In this document: piece after piece, positions 39,221 to 51,882 of the stretch
Layout: the number at the start of each line of letters is the position of its first letter
Numbering within the stretch: position 1 is the stretch's first letter
DNA from: Isurus oxyrinchus
Lineage: Eukaryota
Direction of reading: 5' to 3'
Assembly (NCBI GenBank): GCA_026770705.1
Contig: JANJGN010000021.1
Location: forward strand, 105,028,001 to 105,092,000
Length of the DNA: 64,000 nucleotides
Program-made: the position numbers and the translations under genes
Notes under the pieces: generated by a model
Told to the model about the DNA's origin: nothing
The model's input: only the letters and a program-made list of their open reading frames with translations
The model's database searches: none

Positions 39221-40507
39221 ATGCTCTCGGGAATTATTTTCCCCCCATCGATTGCTTGAATATAATCCTGCTGCCCTGGGGTCATAAACTGAAGTTTAAG
39301 GTTAGGTGACTCAGCTGGCATCGGCAGTTAAAGCTGAGCAGAACTGTTTAGTTCAGTGGTTCTCTTCAAGACTCGGGTCACAGAGTGCCTCCAGCAGCCA
39401 GTTCATAACGAGCAGAACTGTATATGTTTATTTAGGTCAGGTGCTGGCCGCACCAAGGAGAAAACATAGACTGTAAACCTGCACGAAGAAGCGCGCCTTG
39501 ATCTGTAACGCAATTGTACAAATTCACGCAGCCCAACTTACCTCTACAACTACATAACAGGAAGAACATTTCCATTGAAGCCTTCTTTTGCAACCAGTCT
39601 GTAATGTGATAATCAATCGCTCTTCAGTTAAAAGTTTGCAAAAGCAGGCTCTGTTGACTACAGCCTTATCACAGCTTGCGTGTTGTTTCTATTGTATTGA
39701 ATATATTTAAAAAGCGCAATGGATTTAATATTCTTTATCGTTCTTCCTTTTTTGTGGATAAAGTTCTGCGACATTGTGAGTCTGTGTGCGAGGAAATGCT
39801 TGGCGCTGCATTCAGTTTTAAAACCTGGCTAATTTTCATACGTTTTCATCTGGGATGACAGTAACTGCAATGTGTTTATCGTCTCATGTGTATTTGTCAG
39901 TGGAAAGCTGTATACTTGAGAGACGTATGTTACTTGCGCCAAGAGCTATAGGCACCTTGAAGCTTGCGGAAGGGACCAGCCTACATCAAGGGTGAAGTGG
40001 CCATTAGGTGACGCCAAGTGTGCCATTGTTAAGTCCCTCTATGCTGAATGGGACGCGATATCTGGGGGACTTAAGAAGTTCTGTGAATTTCGTAGCCGAT
40101 GCTAGGCTATATAGAAGGGGTGCTGAGGGAGTGGGGCGGGGGGGTGGGGGGGGGGGGGAGGGGGGTGCAGGGTGTGGGGTGGGTGGGAATAAAACAGAAT
40201 TTCCATCTTTTGTTTTGCTTTAGCTATGAGGATGTGGACTGAAGTCCATATGTATCTCGCCATCATACTTCTTCTCTTCGCCAAGCTCGTTAATTTCGTT
40301 GACGTATGACATCCTGTCAGATGTGGGCCTGTCAGTTTAACAATAAACTACAAGCCCACGTTGCAAGGTTACCAGCAAACCGCGGCGCAGGCTGTGCCAT
40401 TTCGTGCTATAAGGCTCAATACTATCTCACGCTAAATGCTGATCTTATCGCTTGCTGCAGCTCAGACTAACGAAATCTGTTTTCCTGTTTAAAGGCAGTC
40501 CGTAACA

Positions 40508-40568
40508 ATGGTGGCAGAACAGTGCGCAACAACCGTTCTTTTCCTTCTGATTTCAATTTGTACAACGG
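40508..40568 (+). CDS. Gene B exon 1: signal peptide (MVAEQCATTVLFLLISICTT+g)
   Basis: Kozak-like acaATGg, hydrophobic core, phase-1 donor G|GTAAGT. Confidence 0.85.
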
Positions 40569-43530
40569 GTAAGTCACGCTCTGATTGTTTAAATACTACA
40601 AGGAAGTTAATCAGACTAAGTGGACAGTGGAAACAGTGGAATGCATTTCTGAAATACTGGAGAAGCATACCTTAATAAGTTCCTATATTGTCTAGAACGA
40701 AGGCAGAAATACCATACCAGTTCCAGCATTAGTTGTGGTATGTTTTTAACTAAAGACAAGCACCAACTTGTGTTTAGCATCATGATTATTTTTTTAACTT
40801 AAGTTTTGCAAAGCATTACCAGCGATGGTACACAAACCCAGGCATCTGGTGGTAACAGTTCAAATGAACATTGGGCTCGTAGTAAGCTAATATTTTTCAC
40901 GCGGTGCCATTGTATATCTTAATATATTTGAAATGTTGGCATGTATCAAATGATTAAACCACATTTCACTGATCTGATTTCCTGCTTGTTCGCTAAAGAC
41001 ATGCCTTACTAACGTGGAACCAAAAAAAAACACAATTGCCAGCAAGTTTGTTAACGGGTCTGTGGTCGCTGCAAATAATATATCCAACATAGTAACTGCC
41101 GAGTCATTTAGCCCACTAACCCACAATATTCTCTCGGCGCATTTCTGTTATTCCTGAATCCTAATTGTTGCCAAGGTCTTTCTAGCTCCACTACCTTTGC
41201 CAGTGAAATGTTACACCGTTATTACCACCCATAATAAATAAGACCTTCCCGCATTCCCTATTTTTTCTGCTGTATTTAAGCTGTAAATATCCTAAAGCCC
41301 TGTAACCGACAAACTAACTGACTCTATTTTGCCAAATTCTTTTATAATTTTATATCATTCTACAATATACCCTTTTAGATATTCTTGTTAATAAAGCCGC
41401 AAGGTTATCTATATTTCCTCACAAGCCATTCCCTTAAATTCAGGAATTAAGTGCAGCTCTTTTCTGTACCTCTTCCGAAGACTGGATACCCTGTTTGAAA
41501 TAGTGACACACGCAAGACTCAAGCTATAGTCTCGCCAGGGCCAGATATAGTTTTAAAATCTAGAATTACTCGTGGAATTCCTCGTGAAATGCAGCCAAAT
41601 TGATGCATACTTTACATAAAGGATTGCTGTAAATTTTTTCATTCATCAGAAGTTACACCTTCTAACAATCATTTGCTCTAGCATTTGTGTTTAGCTTCAA
41701 GATACTTTTAAATGGAAGATTTACAAAGCGCTGCCAGTGATATTACCGAGTTTTATCTAATTTCAGTCGTCTGTTGGTAACAGTTCAATTCAACTTTGGA
41801 CACTAATGAGTTGGCATTTTTGGAATTAATACATGGTGTCATTGCAGATCTATAGCAATGTTGTTGCAAAACCAGCCAGTACAATCACAGAATTGTTTAA
41901 TCCGAAAATATATGCAGCCAAATGTACACAGTTGGGAATAATAGCCATAATGCTTTGTTGCTTTTCGTGCAGTCAGAAATCTTACAGAAACAAATTTCGG
42001 GTAGCGATCAGAGTAATATGTTTTGCTTGTTAATTGAATACATGCTGTTCATAATATTTGCTTAATAAATCTACAAATTTATAATTTTCACACTCTTTCC
42101 AACCCTGTAGACATTAACATCAGCAAATTACTCTAGGGAATTTAGGGGAACACTACAAATGAAGCTTTCTTATGTGTGAATACATTAAAATGATTTTTTA
42201 TATGCCACATCCGATATATTTATAGATAGCTGCTGTTTTCTTTGAGGTGAGCAGCCGAAGGAAAATGCGCGACACCAAATAGGGTTAGGGCCCAAGATTA
42301 TAATATTTAAATCTAGGAAGTAAATGAAATTCAATTATTTCTGGGAATGGTGTGCAAAGGGCGTCCTTGATGGAAGTCCAACTCAGTGCTTTTGTGTAAT
42401 TTATATGTATGTACGTACGTATGTATATATATATATGTATATATATATATATGATTCGTTCAACCTTAAATGAAAACATACGTTTTATGTTTACAAGAGC
42501 AAGAGGCATGCGACTCCAATATATGAAGAACGTTTCAAATAGGCTCACAAATTAATCTTAACGGCCATATTTTCCTCCATTACTTTATTTTCTGATATTT
42601 GCTTGACACATGAAATTCGATAATTGTGTTCCATCAGATCACTGCAAATACTTGTGTCAATGTTTTAATTTCCCCGAATTTAAGTTATGGGCAGCTTTCA
42701 ATGATTTATTGTACATCTTATAGCTTATCCTCGCATTACCACAACATCACAACATATTAATAGCGAACGCCAGCATCTCAGTCCATGCTGGCGCTGTGCA
42801 TTAAAGAAACGCATTTTTAAAATAATTCCCTCACTATGAAATCAGGCATCCGTAGATATTATATAAGGGTAAAAATGTATTGAATTTATTTATTGCTCCA
42901 TAATGTCAATGAGGCAATAAAGGATTCGGTACTGTCTTTTTTATTTTCTCTTTTCATCCTTTTCTCTTTCTATTTTACATTCTCTCTTTCCTTCTCTAAC
43001 ACTTTATTTTCTGCCCTTTTTATCATTTATATAAGAACTTATTTTGGAATTAATGAAAGCATACTGTGGAATTAAAACAAAGTGTAGCTCGAGGCTGCAT
43101 GATAAAACAATGAACTTGCATTCAGAATTGCATCTTTTGCAACTCAAAGGCTTCTCAAGCTGTTTCTAGGTCAGTGAATGACTGAATCCAGTCTTTGTTG
43201 TTCGATATGCCAATGTGCCAAATCTTTTGGCCATAGCGTTTGATAAATAGCTCACAGGTTTTTCCTTGCTTTTTCTGTACACTGTATTTTCGCTACTGCA
43301 CCCATTGCACTTTTTGTACTTTAGGAACAAATAACATTCTCTTATTTACTGTATTAAAGCCATCTTTGAATAATGCCTTGAAATGCATGCTTAGAACCTA
43401 CAGCTGTTTGGGTCATAGACGGCAGTGCCACAAATAAATCAAGACAGTACTGGCACACGGTACATAATGCACAATACTTTACCCAGTCACAATGGCTAAT
43501 TAATGCTTGTGTTTCTTTGTGCACCACTAG

Positions 43531-43857
43531 ATATAGAGGCTGCGACTCCTTCCATAGTGCAATCTCCTGCTTCAGTTCATATATTTGAAGGTGGCAGTGT
43601 GACTTTGAATTGCACCTTTCGCTTAACAGGGTTGGGAACCTACAGCTGGAGAAGGGATGACAGTCCCATGGACTTGCAATCTGCGAGATATAAGGAAAGA
43701 ATTATGAAAGCGGACCATGACGCTTTCAGTTCGAGGAAGGATGCATCCATTCAAATTAAGAATATGACACAATGCGAATCTGGTACTTATTACTGTGAGA
43801 TTGAAATAATGGGGAAACAGAAGCTTACAGGCAGTGGAACTTTGGTTACCGTACAGC
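43531..43857 (+). CDS. Gene B exon 2: germline-joined VJ-type Ig V domain (NKp30/NCR3-like)
   Basis: Acceptor ccactag|, donor C|GTAAGG, 327 nt, phase 1-1. Motifs VQSP, VTLNC, YSW, ASIQI, ESGTYYC and the J-like TGSGTLVTV all lie in one exon. Confidence 0.93.
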
Positions 43858-44176
43858 GTAAGGAACCCTGAACATTGCCATGCTATTTCGCAATTTGAAA
43901 TTTTCCATCATCCTTTTCTTCATGCTTTTGTTATTCTGCTTCTTTGCAGCTCTCCCTCTGTCGCTGCTTTTTTCTTCCTTCTCACTCTCTCTGCCCATGG
44001 GTGTTTCTATTTCAGTCTCTCCCCATGTCCAGCTTGTCCGTATGTCTTTGCCTTTCTCCCTATGTTCCTGCCTACCTATCCATTTCTAGCCATGTCCCTT
44101 TATATCGCTTCTTTCTTTGCTGCTGCTCTTTCTACGGATTTAAGAAGAAATAACTTATTTTTCTTTCTTTCTACAG

Positions 44177-44311
44177 ATGCTTGTAACAAACAAGGCTCTT
44201 TAAAAAAACATCCATTTGATTGGATGTGGGTTGCAGTGGCAGGGGGAGTCACGTTGCTGGTTACTCTGGCACTGCTGGTGGTGATAATAGTTCTTGCTCG
44301 ACGAAACAAAG
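44177..44311 (+). CDS. Gene B exon 3: stalk + transmembrane ((H)ACNKQGSLKKHPFDWMWVAVAGGVTLLVTLALLVVIIVLARRNK)
   Basis: Long pyrimidine tract with ctacag|, donor AAAG|GTATTT, 135 nt, phase 1-1. Confidence 0.92.
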
Positions 44312-44529
44312 GTATTTTAAATATTTACAATGGTAGCCATGCCATGAAATAATCATTGCTTCTATCTCATGCCTCACAATACCAAAATATCATTACAATA
44401 CAATATATATTTTAGTAAATTCGAAGCGAATGCTAAATATGTGTTACATTTTGCAATGATACAGATTTTCTTTTACATTTGGGGCGTGTGAACAGTTTTG
44501 GCCTCCATATTAGAAAAAAAGGCATATTG

Positions 44530-45200
44530 CTACGTCTTCTTACCATGTCCACGGACAGTCTATACATGGCCCAGCTAGAACTGGACATATTTTTGCAACT
44601 TGTTGTTGAATTCGGCAAGATCTGCAACAGTGCAGGGTTCCTCCAGCGATAGGCATTGCAGGAGATGTTGGATGGTCTGTGGCTCAGTTCCACATTCACA
44701 AGTTGTGGGGCTGGTTGTACATCCCCATTTGCTTAGTGACACATTTGAACGACCTACACCAGTCCTAAGTCTGTTAAGGCACTTCCAGGTTGCCCAGTCG
44801 CAATTAGCTCCTGGGGGAAGGCTTTCATACGGTAGAATTTCCATCGCTGGGGGTTATTCGAGACTGGCAAGCTGGTCTTTCCACAAGGCGATGCGGGCTT
44901 CAGATGGGGTTGATTGTAATAGGCCAACCCTGTTCATGAAGCTCTTCCTTGACTTTAGGTGGCTGGGTGTAGGTGAATGGCCTCTCATCTGATGTTTGAC
45001 AGAGTCGCTCTTTCTTGCTGGCTGCCATTCTTCTTATATGAGGGGGAGCGATACCCACCAGGATATATAGGCTGTTGATGTTTGTTGGTTTTAAACAACC
45101 TGTGACGGCATCCATCTTCTTAGCATGAGTAGATCTTTCCCATGCAGGGCAGGCGTATTCGGCAGTGGAATACGAATGCCACTGCAGAATGTTCAAGAAA
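44530..45200 (-). mobile_element. Vingi/Ingi-like non-LTR retrotransposon 3' fragment in gene B intron 3
   Basis: Minus ORFs YSTAEYACPAW...VTGCLKPT...GIAPPHIRR and WKCLNRLRTGVGR...KWG...CECG..QTIQHLLQC (C-terminal CCHC knuckle), then a very short 3' UTR. Confidence 0.8.
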
Positions 45201-45577
45201 AAGATTTCCTAGGGATGATGCCAGGACCTAGAAGTTATTTCATTACACTTCATGAGTGCTGTGCCCAAAGGCTCATTTTCTGCTGATTCTTCATCCTGAG
45301 TCGTTTTCTTGGTAGTTTTTCTTTGTGCCAATGATGGTTTGCCATTGCCTTCAACTCCCAGGGTTAGGATGAAGAGGCAGGTCCCAAGTCTACCTCAGCC
45401 GGAAGTGCAAACAAATCCCCTTTGTTGGTGCCATCCTGGAACATACTATCTAGCCACCTGAGCTAACCAGTCCCCCTTAGAAATTATATTTCTTAGGAAA
45501 GATTGAAGAGGCCGGGGCTGTTTTCTGTAGTGAACAAAATACTTAAGGGCTACCACGATTTTAATATTATAGAGATA

Positions 45578-45790
45578 CGATGGCGTAGTGGTAATATCAT
45601 TGGACAAGTGATCCAAAGGCCCACACTAATGCTCTAGATCCAAATCTCACCATGCCAGCGGGTGGAATTTATATTCAATTAATATATCCAGTGAATAAAT
45701 AAAGCTAGTCTCAACAATTATGATCATGAAACTATCACCGATTGTAATATTGAGCCATTAGTATAAACTGGTCACTAATTCATTAGTGAA
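45578..45790 (+). mobile_element. tRNA-derived SINE 5' fragment
   Basis: A box tggcgtagtgg; body homologous to the minus copy at 46085-46450. Confidence 0.7.
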
Positions 45791-46084
45791 TTCGTGTGAA
45801 ACCACTTTACTCAGAGAGTGGTTAAAATGTGGAGCTTGTACCACAATATGTAGTTAAACCAACTAGCATAGAGACATTTAAGGGGAAGCTAGAGAAAAAC
45901 ACAAGAGACAAGAAACAAAATACAAGAACATGTTGATCGGATTAGATGAGGAAGGGTTTGAAGAGGCTTTATGGAACATACATAACAGCATGAAACTGTT
46001 GGGTTGCATGGCTTGTTTCTGCGCTTTAACTACCATGCAATTTTCAAACTCGCATGCTTTTTTTTATAAAAAAACCCAAATATT

Positions 46085-46450
46085 ATTTCATGGGATGTGG
46101 TTGTCACTGGCAAGGACAGCATTTGTTGCCCCTTCATAATTGCCCTTAAACTGCTAGGCCATTTCAGAGGGCAGTTAAGAGTCAACCACATTGCTATGGG
46201 ACTGGAGTCACATATGTAGGCCAGACCAGGTAAGGGTGGCAGATTTCCTTCCCTAAAATATATTGGTGGGCCAGATGGGTTTTTACAACAACCATTGATA
46301 GTTTCATGGTCACCATTATTGTGCCTAGCTTTCAACTCCAGACTTATTATTAATTCAATTTAAATTCCACCAGCTGCTGAGCTGCCATGGTGGGATATGA
46401 ATGCATTAGCCTGGGCCTCTGGATTGCTAGTCCAATGACATTAGTACTAT
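46085..46450 (-). mobile_element. tRNA-derived SINE sharing its 3' tail with LINE family B
   Basis: Reverse complement ends aagggcaatt...gggcaacaaatgctg...cacatcccatgaa, the same tail as the family B LINE copies. Confidence 0.75.
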
Positions 46451-46810
46451 GCTAGTATCAATGTGCTGAGGCACCTTTTGTTTTTCAGGGAAAAATAAGA
46501 CGTAGGATAATGTGTACATTTGTCTTAATAATGTAACGTGATACCAGCAGCCTATTTACAAGGAAAATTGAGGGAAATAAAGAACATATTTTAGGGACAT
46601 TAGACATTGTGAATCGTTATGTTGATTCACTATTCATAACAATAACGGCATTTAAAATAAGCCCACTTCAGCAGAGATGCATGAACATTTAGTGGATTTT
46701 CATAATTTTAAGAGATTGTATTGTATTCAATAAGTTATATTGATATTTTAATCGTCCATATCAATGACAGTATTAACCACAATTATGTTTAATCATTTTC
46801 TTATTTACAG

Positions 46811-46829
46811 CTTACGCTTTACTTGTCAG
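46811..46829 (+). CDS. Gene B exon 4: 19-nt micro-exon ((A)YALLV)
   Basis: ttttcttatttacag| ... CAG|GTAAGT, phase 1-2. Confidence 0.78.
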
Positions 46830-46949
46830 GTAAGTCAATCAATACTTTCTTGCCGATTTGTAATGATGTAAAGATTTATTCCAAAGGTTTGCACACGATT
46901 AAAAATTACCGTCAGGTACACATTTGCTAAATATCTTCTTATCCTGCAG

Positions 46950-46984
46950 GGAATGTTCTTCTTTCGATTCCGCAAAAGAACTGG
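46950..46984 (+). CDS. Gene B exon 5 ((R)ECSSFDSAKEL)
   Basis: cttcttatcctgcag| ... G|GTAAGT, phase 2-1, in frame with exon 4. Confidence 0.78.
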
Positions 46985-49650
46985 GTAAGTGATCGCTATT
47001 TTTATTGGCCTACTCAAGGAATTGTCCGCTGCTTATATTAAGATGAAGAAGTTGGATGTGTTTTTGTATCTGTGTTGTGTGTATGAGTGTGTGCATGTGC
47101 ACTGCTTCAAATCAACGGTTTCCAATACCCCTGGGTTAGAAAGCACAATGGTAAATAGAACGTAAAAATACCCTGTTGTTTGAAATGTAATCGTTTATCA
47201 TTAAGCCTGGCTTATGTTAACCTATACTAATTTACGAATTGTCATTAGTAAGAAATGCATTCAGGTACCAGAGGCTTCTCCTTATCCAGAGCAGCAAAGA
47301 ACAACTACTGCCGTCCCTTCAACCTGAAAATAAACAACTTTCCAAGCAGATTAGAATTTAATCACATAGCAACCAAATTTTGGAACTTAAAAGCGATGTC
47401 CCTGAAAAGGTTCAGCAAAAACAGTTGGTTCAACATAACAGTCACTGAGTAAATTCAGTGGTGGTTCTGTGATGTTATTTCATGACTTGCAAAAGCAGCA
47501 TAATTCATACTTGGACAATTCAGTTAAACACAATCCTTCTCATTAACATCAACATTCAATGCATTTTGAAATTTCATTTCCACTCAGGCTGACTTACAAA
47601 TTTCCTCAACATTGTTGTAACAGTTTAGAGTCATGCAGGGCTATTGAGGCAAACTGTTTACCTCGTACATTTGGAAAGTGGTAAAGTGTAAGTTCCAGTC
47701 GCAATAGTTGCACTACATGCCTTTCACACAAAACATATACAAGCAAACACTTCTTAAGAAAGCACAAAGCATCCTTAAATCTTTTATTTCTTCAGGGAAA
47801 CATTCATATATTAAAATCTAGAAACACTAACTTTAACAGCAACATTCGCGCTCTCAGAATGTCTCCAGGTATCCAACACATTTCAACGTTGCTTGCTCTC
47901 AACCATTTTAAAATATGATTTCTTTGTTACGGTCTGATCAACTCTAAATTGCCATACACTAATTCGGTAGGTGAAAAGATATCAACGTAGTTTAAATAAG
48001 AGCTTGACAACAACCTGTGAACAAGAGGATACCATTCAGCTCCTTGAGCCTGTTCCACTATTCAATATGATGATGACTGATCTTCTGCCTGAACTCCATT
48101 TTCCCCTGTTGGGCTCAGCCACGGTTTTCAGAATGTGTTTTGGTCAGTGTCTTTTCTCTGAGCATATGCAGACTTTATAATTGTTTTCCTTGTATATTAG
48201 TATGAATACCTTGTTTATGATATGGAGTTCTTCTGGTTTAGCGTTTGAAGCTGAAATTAACCGACCGGTTTCTGATCCACGTAACAAATTCTAAACACTG
48301 TGGCTGCCCACTACTGGGGAAAAGGTGGTTCAGGGAAAAGATTGGCCACGATTGTATTGAATGGTGGAACATGCTGAAGGAACCGAATGATCTACTCCTG
48401 CTCAAATGTATTATATTCTTATGCTCTTTTTAAACCATGTTGATACCCCTGTACGTACCGCATAAGTAGATGGCAATATTGAGTTGCTCAGACCATAACA
48501 AGGGATTCATGCTTCCCGTAGACAAAGCTGAGTGGGACAGGATCACTCGCGCCACACAGCGTGGATCGAGCGAAGGAGGGAGGCACATCTTTGTGAAGTG
48601 CAAGCTGGTGTCTCCGCGGAGATCCATCCATTGCCACAGGCCGGACCCTCCATTGGGCACATGATGCTTAGAAGGAATTACCCCTATACAACGTGGCAGC
48701 AGACCTGACCACCTGGATTCACATGGCATTTACCCAGATGGCCTGGCTCCTGCCTGCTACTGGTTGAATCCTAATGGCAGCGGAGCGAGGCCCTTAAGTG
48801 ATCATATCAGGGCCTCCTTTGGTTTCTAGATGGTATGGGGCCTCCATCTTGTACATTCCAGCTCCATTATGCTCCGCCTCGCCTCCTAGTCCACCTCCGC
48901 GTGAGCACTAAATTTCTGCCACTTTTTTTGCTGATGCATTACAGCGTGAGAAGTGCAATTGTGCACAAGACCCCCAACAATGAGACAGTCCTTACAAAAG
49001 ACTGGATATTTGCTGATTCTCTATCATGTACCATTGCTCCACTTAAGGCTGTCTCAGCTGTCAGGTTTCAACAATGTGACGGCAAAACAAGTAAACAGAC
49101 ACAAATCACGCACTTATTTTTGCGTTTCATCAGCAATTAAGGAGTAAAGCCAGCTAAATTGCACCCTGACACATTCAGCAATAAAGCATCCTAGATACAT
49201 TCTAGCTACCGTAAACACACCTAAGAGATTTTTGAAGCAGAAAGGGAACAAAAATCGCACGCATATGAGATTAAATCAAATCTAAATCTCACAAATCTAT
49301 GTATTTTTGTATCTTACAACTTCAAAAGCGTTTGATTGATTATAAGGCCTCTCTAGATGTTCAGAAGTTGGGCAAGATTTTCCTTCCTTCTTTAAAGTTT
49401 ATTTTAAAAGACGAGCAGGTAAATTGGGCATCTCGAAGCATGCATGCACATCGCCCGTTAATAGGCAGGCCAATTCGATTAGCAGCATGCGACATAACTG
49501 GGAAACGTACCTGCTGGAATCTTGGTCAATAAACGCACACGAGAGTACCTGCTGAGAATGAAAATATTTGCTCCTCCAGAGTATCAGATACAATTGAAAG
49601 GAGCTTCCTTAAACCATTCATTAACTTTCTTCTTCTTTTGTCCTAAACAG

Positions 49651-49694
49651 AATTGCCACAGAGAAACAAAGTGCGAAATCATGCCGAACATGAG
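49651..49694 (+). CDS. Gene B exon 6 ((E)LPQRNKVRNHAEHE)
   Basis: Long pyrimidine tract with aaacag| ... GAG|GTAAAC, phase 1-0. Confidence 0.7.
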
Positions 49695-49727
49695 GTAAAC
49701 GCGTGTCCGTCTATTTGGCTGCATGTA

Positions 49728-50596
49728 TTGTCACGTATGAAGTATGACATAACTTCATAGGCTCATTTGTGTGCAGCAGTATTGATTACTTCAAAAAGCG
49801 TATCAAAGGCGCACCAAGTGAAACAATTGGAATAACGGCACATAAATATCTCAGCAACACACCATCAAAGGGAAATGCAAAAACTCAAAGGGGGTTAGAA
49901 CATAAAAGAGTTTGGGTGGCTCACCTCTCTTCCAAAACTTTCAGCAGTGCTGGCCTTTAATCTGAATTTCTACATTTCTATGATCTCTCAACCTTCACGA
50001 GAGCGCGGCACTTTCATAGGAAGGGGGCAACTTGATCCGGTGATATCTAACCGGTTTTACACCTCGCCCGGTTTTCTTTTCAATTTAAAACAATAATCCT
50101 AACATTTCACCATTTTGAGTTATGAATTCATAGCCGTTGATAAATATGGGGATTACTTAAAATCAGCGGGCGCCGTGCCTGCTACCTACCCGCCCGCCCC
50201 TGCCACCGTGGCAATTACTCGTTAGAGGAGGAACATTGGGGCGCCTCACCTGCACTACTGAGGCACTTAAATGACCAATAGCCTCATCTTACCGCTGCTG
50301 CTATTATGCCCACGATGCTGGACAACCCACGCCAGTCTGGAAACCCGGAAGCTTTAGCAAATTAAAGGCCGCCACTGCTGAAAGTTTTGGAAGAAAGGTG
50401 AGCCACCCAATCTCTTTTCTGTTTTAACCCCCTTTGAGTTTCTTGCATTTCCCTTTGATGGTGTGTTGTTGGGATACTTATGTGCCGTTATTCCAATAGC
50501 TTCACTTGGTGCGCCTTTGATACACTTTTTGAAGTAATCAATACTACTGCACACAAATGAGGCTGTGAAGTTGTATCACGCTTTCATACGTGACAA
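49728..50596. repeat. Inverted repeat with arms 49728-49964 and 50358-50596 and a spacer of about 390 bp
   Basis: The arms are near-identical reverse complements, also visible as twin ORFs 49769..49960(+) and 50354..50554(-). Confidence 0.95.
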
Positions 50597-51499
50597 GGGA
50601 TGGTGTGCGGCTCACACATGCCGATGGACCACGAGTATACATTCAGGGGCAAATTAAAATTGAAAGCCACCCTTCCCCAAATATATATTTGGCACCTTGT
50701 AACGGGAAACCCCGTTAGAATAAAACATGCTTTGCAAAGTGTCCAGGGACCTAATTGGAGCTCTTGCCTCCCAAGCTAGCGGGGCTTCATCTATAATGTC
50801 TACAAAACAAGGGGCTGAATTTTTCGCTCCCAGAACGGGAGCGTTTCCCGCTTTGCGAACGCAATGTGAAGCGGGATGACGTCGGACGCCGCTTAGGAAG
50901 TCATCACGCCGGTTTCGGATAATACGGCACGCGGGCGGGTCAAAAAGTCGGGAACCGGCCTGGCAATTTAAATATCAGTTTAAAAGGCAATTCAGTTAAC
51001 TAACTACCCATCTCATTGCAATAATCCGGCCTTCAGGGCGAGATTTAGGACAAGTGGGAAATCCGTTTTTTTTTAAGAGTAAGCTTGTTTGGCCCGGTTC
51101 CAAAATTGCAGTTCAAACTCTTTTTACTGCAGGAAACGCTCAGTTGAGTGGGCCGAGGAGCCTATTATATATTTTCCATGAGGAGAACTCTCCTCTGACT
51201 CAGGGGAAGGGGGTGGGGGGCCATTCTGATAGCTTGTCCATTGCCCTGGATGAGGGGTGAAAGGTGTCTGAGACAATTGGGGTTTGTTGCCTCAGTTGGA
51301 GGCACAACCACCAGTGAGGAGAAAAGGATTACGAGGAGGAGGAAGAGGGTGAGAGGAGGAAGGGAACAGAGGGAACCTAAGGAGGCAGTGGTTTTTTAGG
51401 TAGGGGACCGAGCAACACCGGACCCCCAGTATCAGGCGGAACACCGAAGTCCTCAGCGGAGGCGCAGATAAACGTATGCCGCCCCAATGGTATAGAGTC

Positions 51500-51720
51500 A
51501 GAGATCTAGCTAACTTCAACTGATCTCATAAGGTAATTGAGTCTTTTGTGACACTGGAACCAAGTTTTCCTCATCACATTAACCCTGCTGACCTCGTCGG
51601 GTACCTCTCCCACGCACTGCAAGTCCGCCTGCGCTTCCTCCTCAAAACAGCGCTCGGCATGAACTGCTGATGTCTAAAGCTGCACGCAGGAGGGCGCCAA
51701 GGGCGGCCTCACCGAATCTG
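51500..51720 (-). pseudogene. Harbinger Myb/SANT-like (second ORF) relic
   Basis: Minus strand reads AWE/..DEVSRVNVMRKTWFQCHKRLNYLMR, matching the W..(I/V)A..V.....RT..QC.K...L trihelix pattern. Confidence 0.65.
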
Positions 51721-51882
51721 GGGCAACTTTGCCCCATCCCTCACTCCAATGACACAAAAGACTATATATATATGTAATAAATGTGCAACCCCTCAATTCC
51801 AAAAATTGAGAGACTCGCTGATTTATAAAATTTCTGCCACCTACGAAGTTTGACATGATTGGCCGAGATTAGCTAAAATTTC

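Noticed and set aside
43531-43857. Rearranging TCR or Ig V gene segment
   Set aside because: The J-like motif is in the same exon, no heptamer-nonamer RSS follows, and the next exon is a TM rather than a C1 domain.
43834-44352. 172-aa hydrophobic ORF as a multi-pass membrane protein
   Set aside because: It is mostly the pyrimidine-rich intron 2; only 44177-44311 is a spliceable exon.
49769-50554. Twin ORFs MCSSIDYFKK... as a duplicated gene
   Set aside because: Non-ATG starts and no recognisable domain; a by-product of the inverted repeat.
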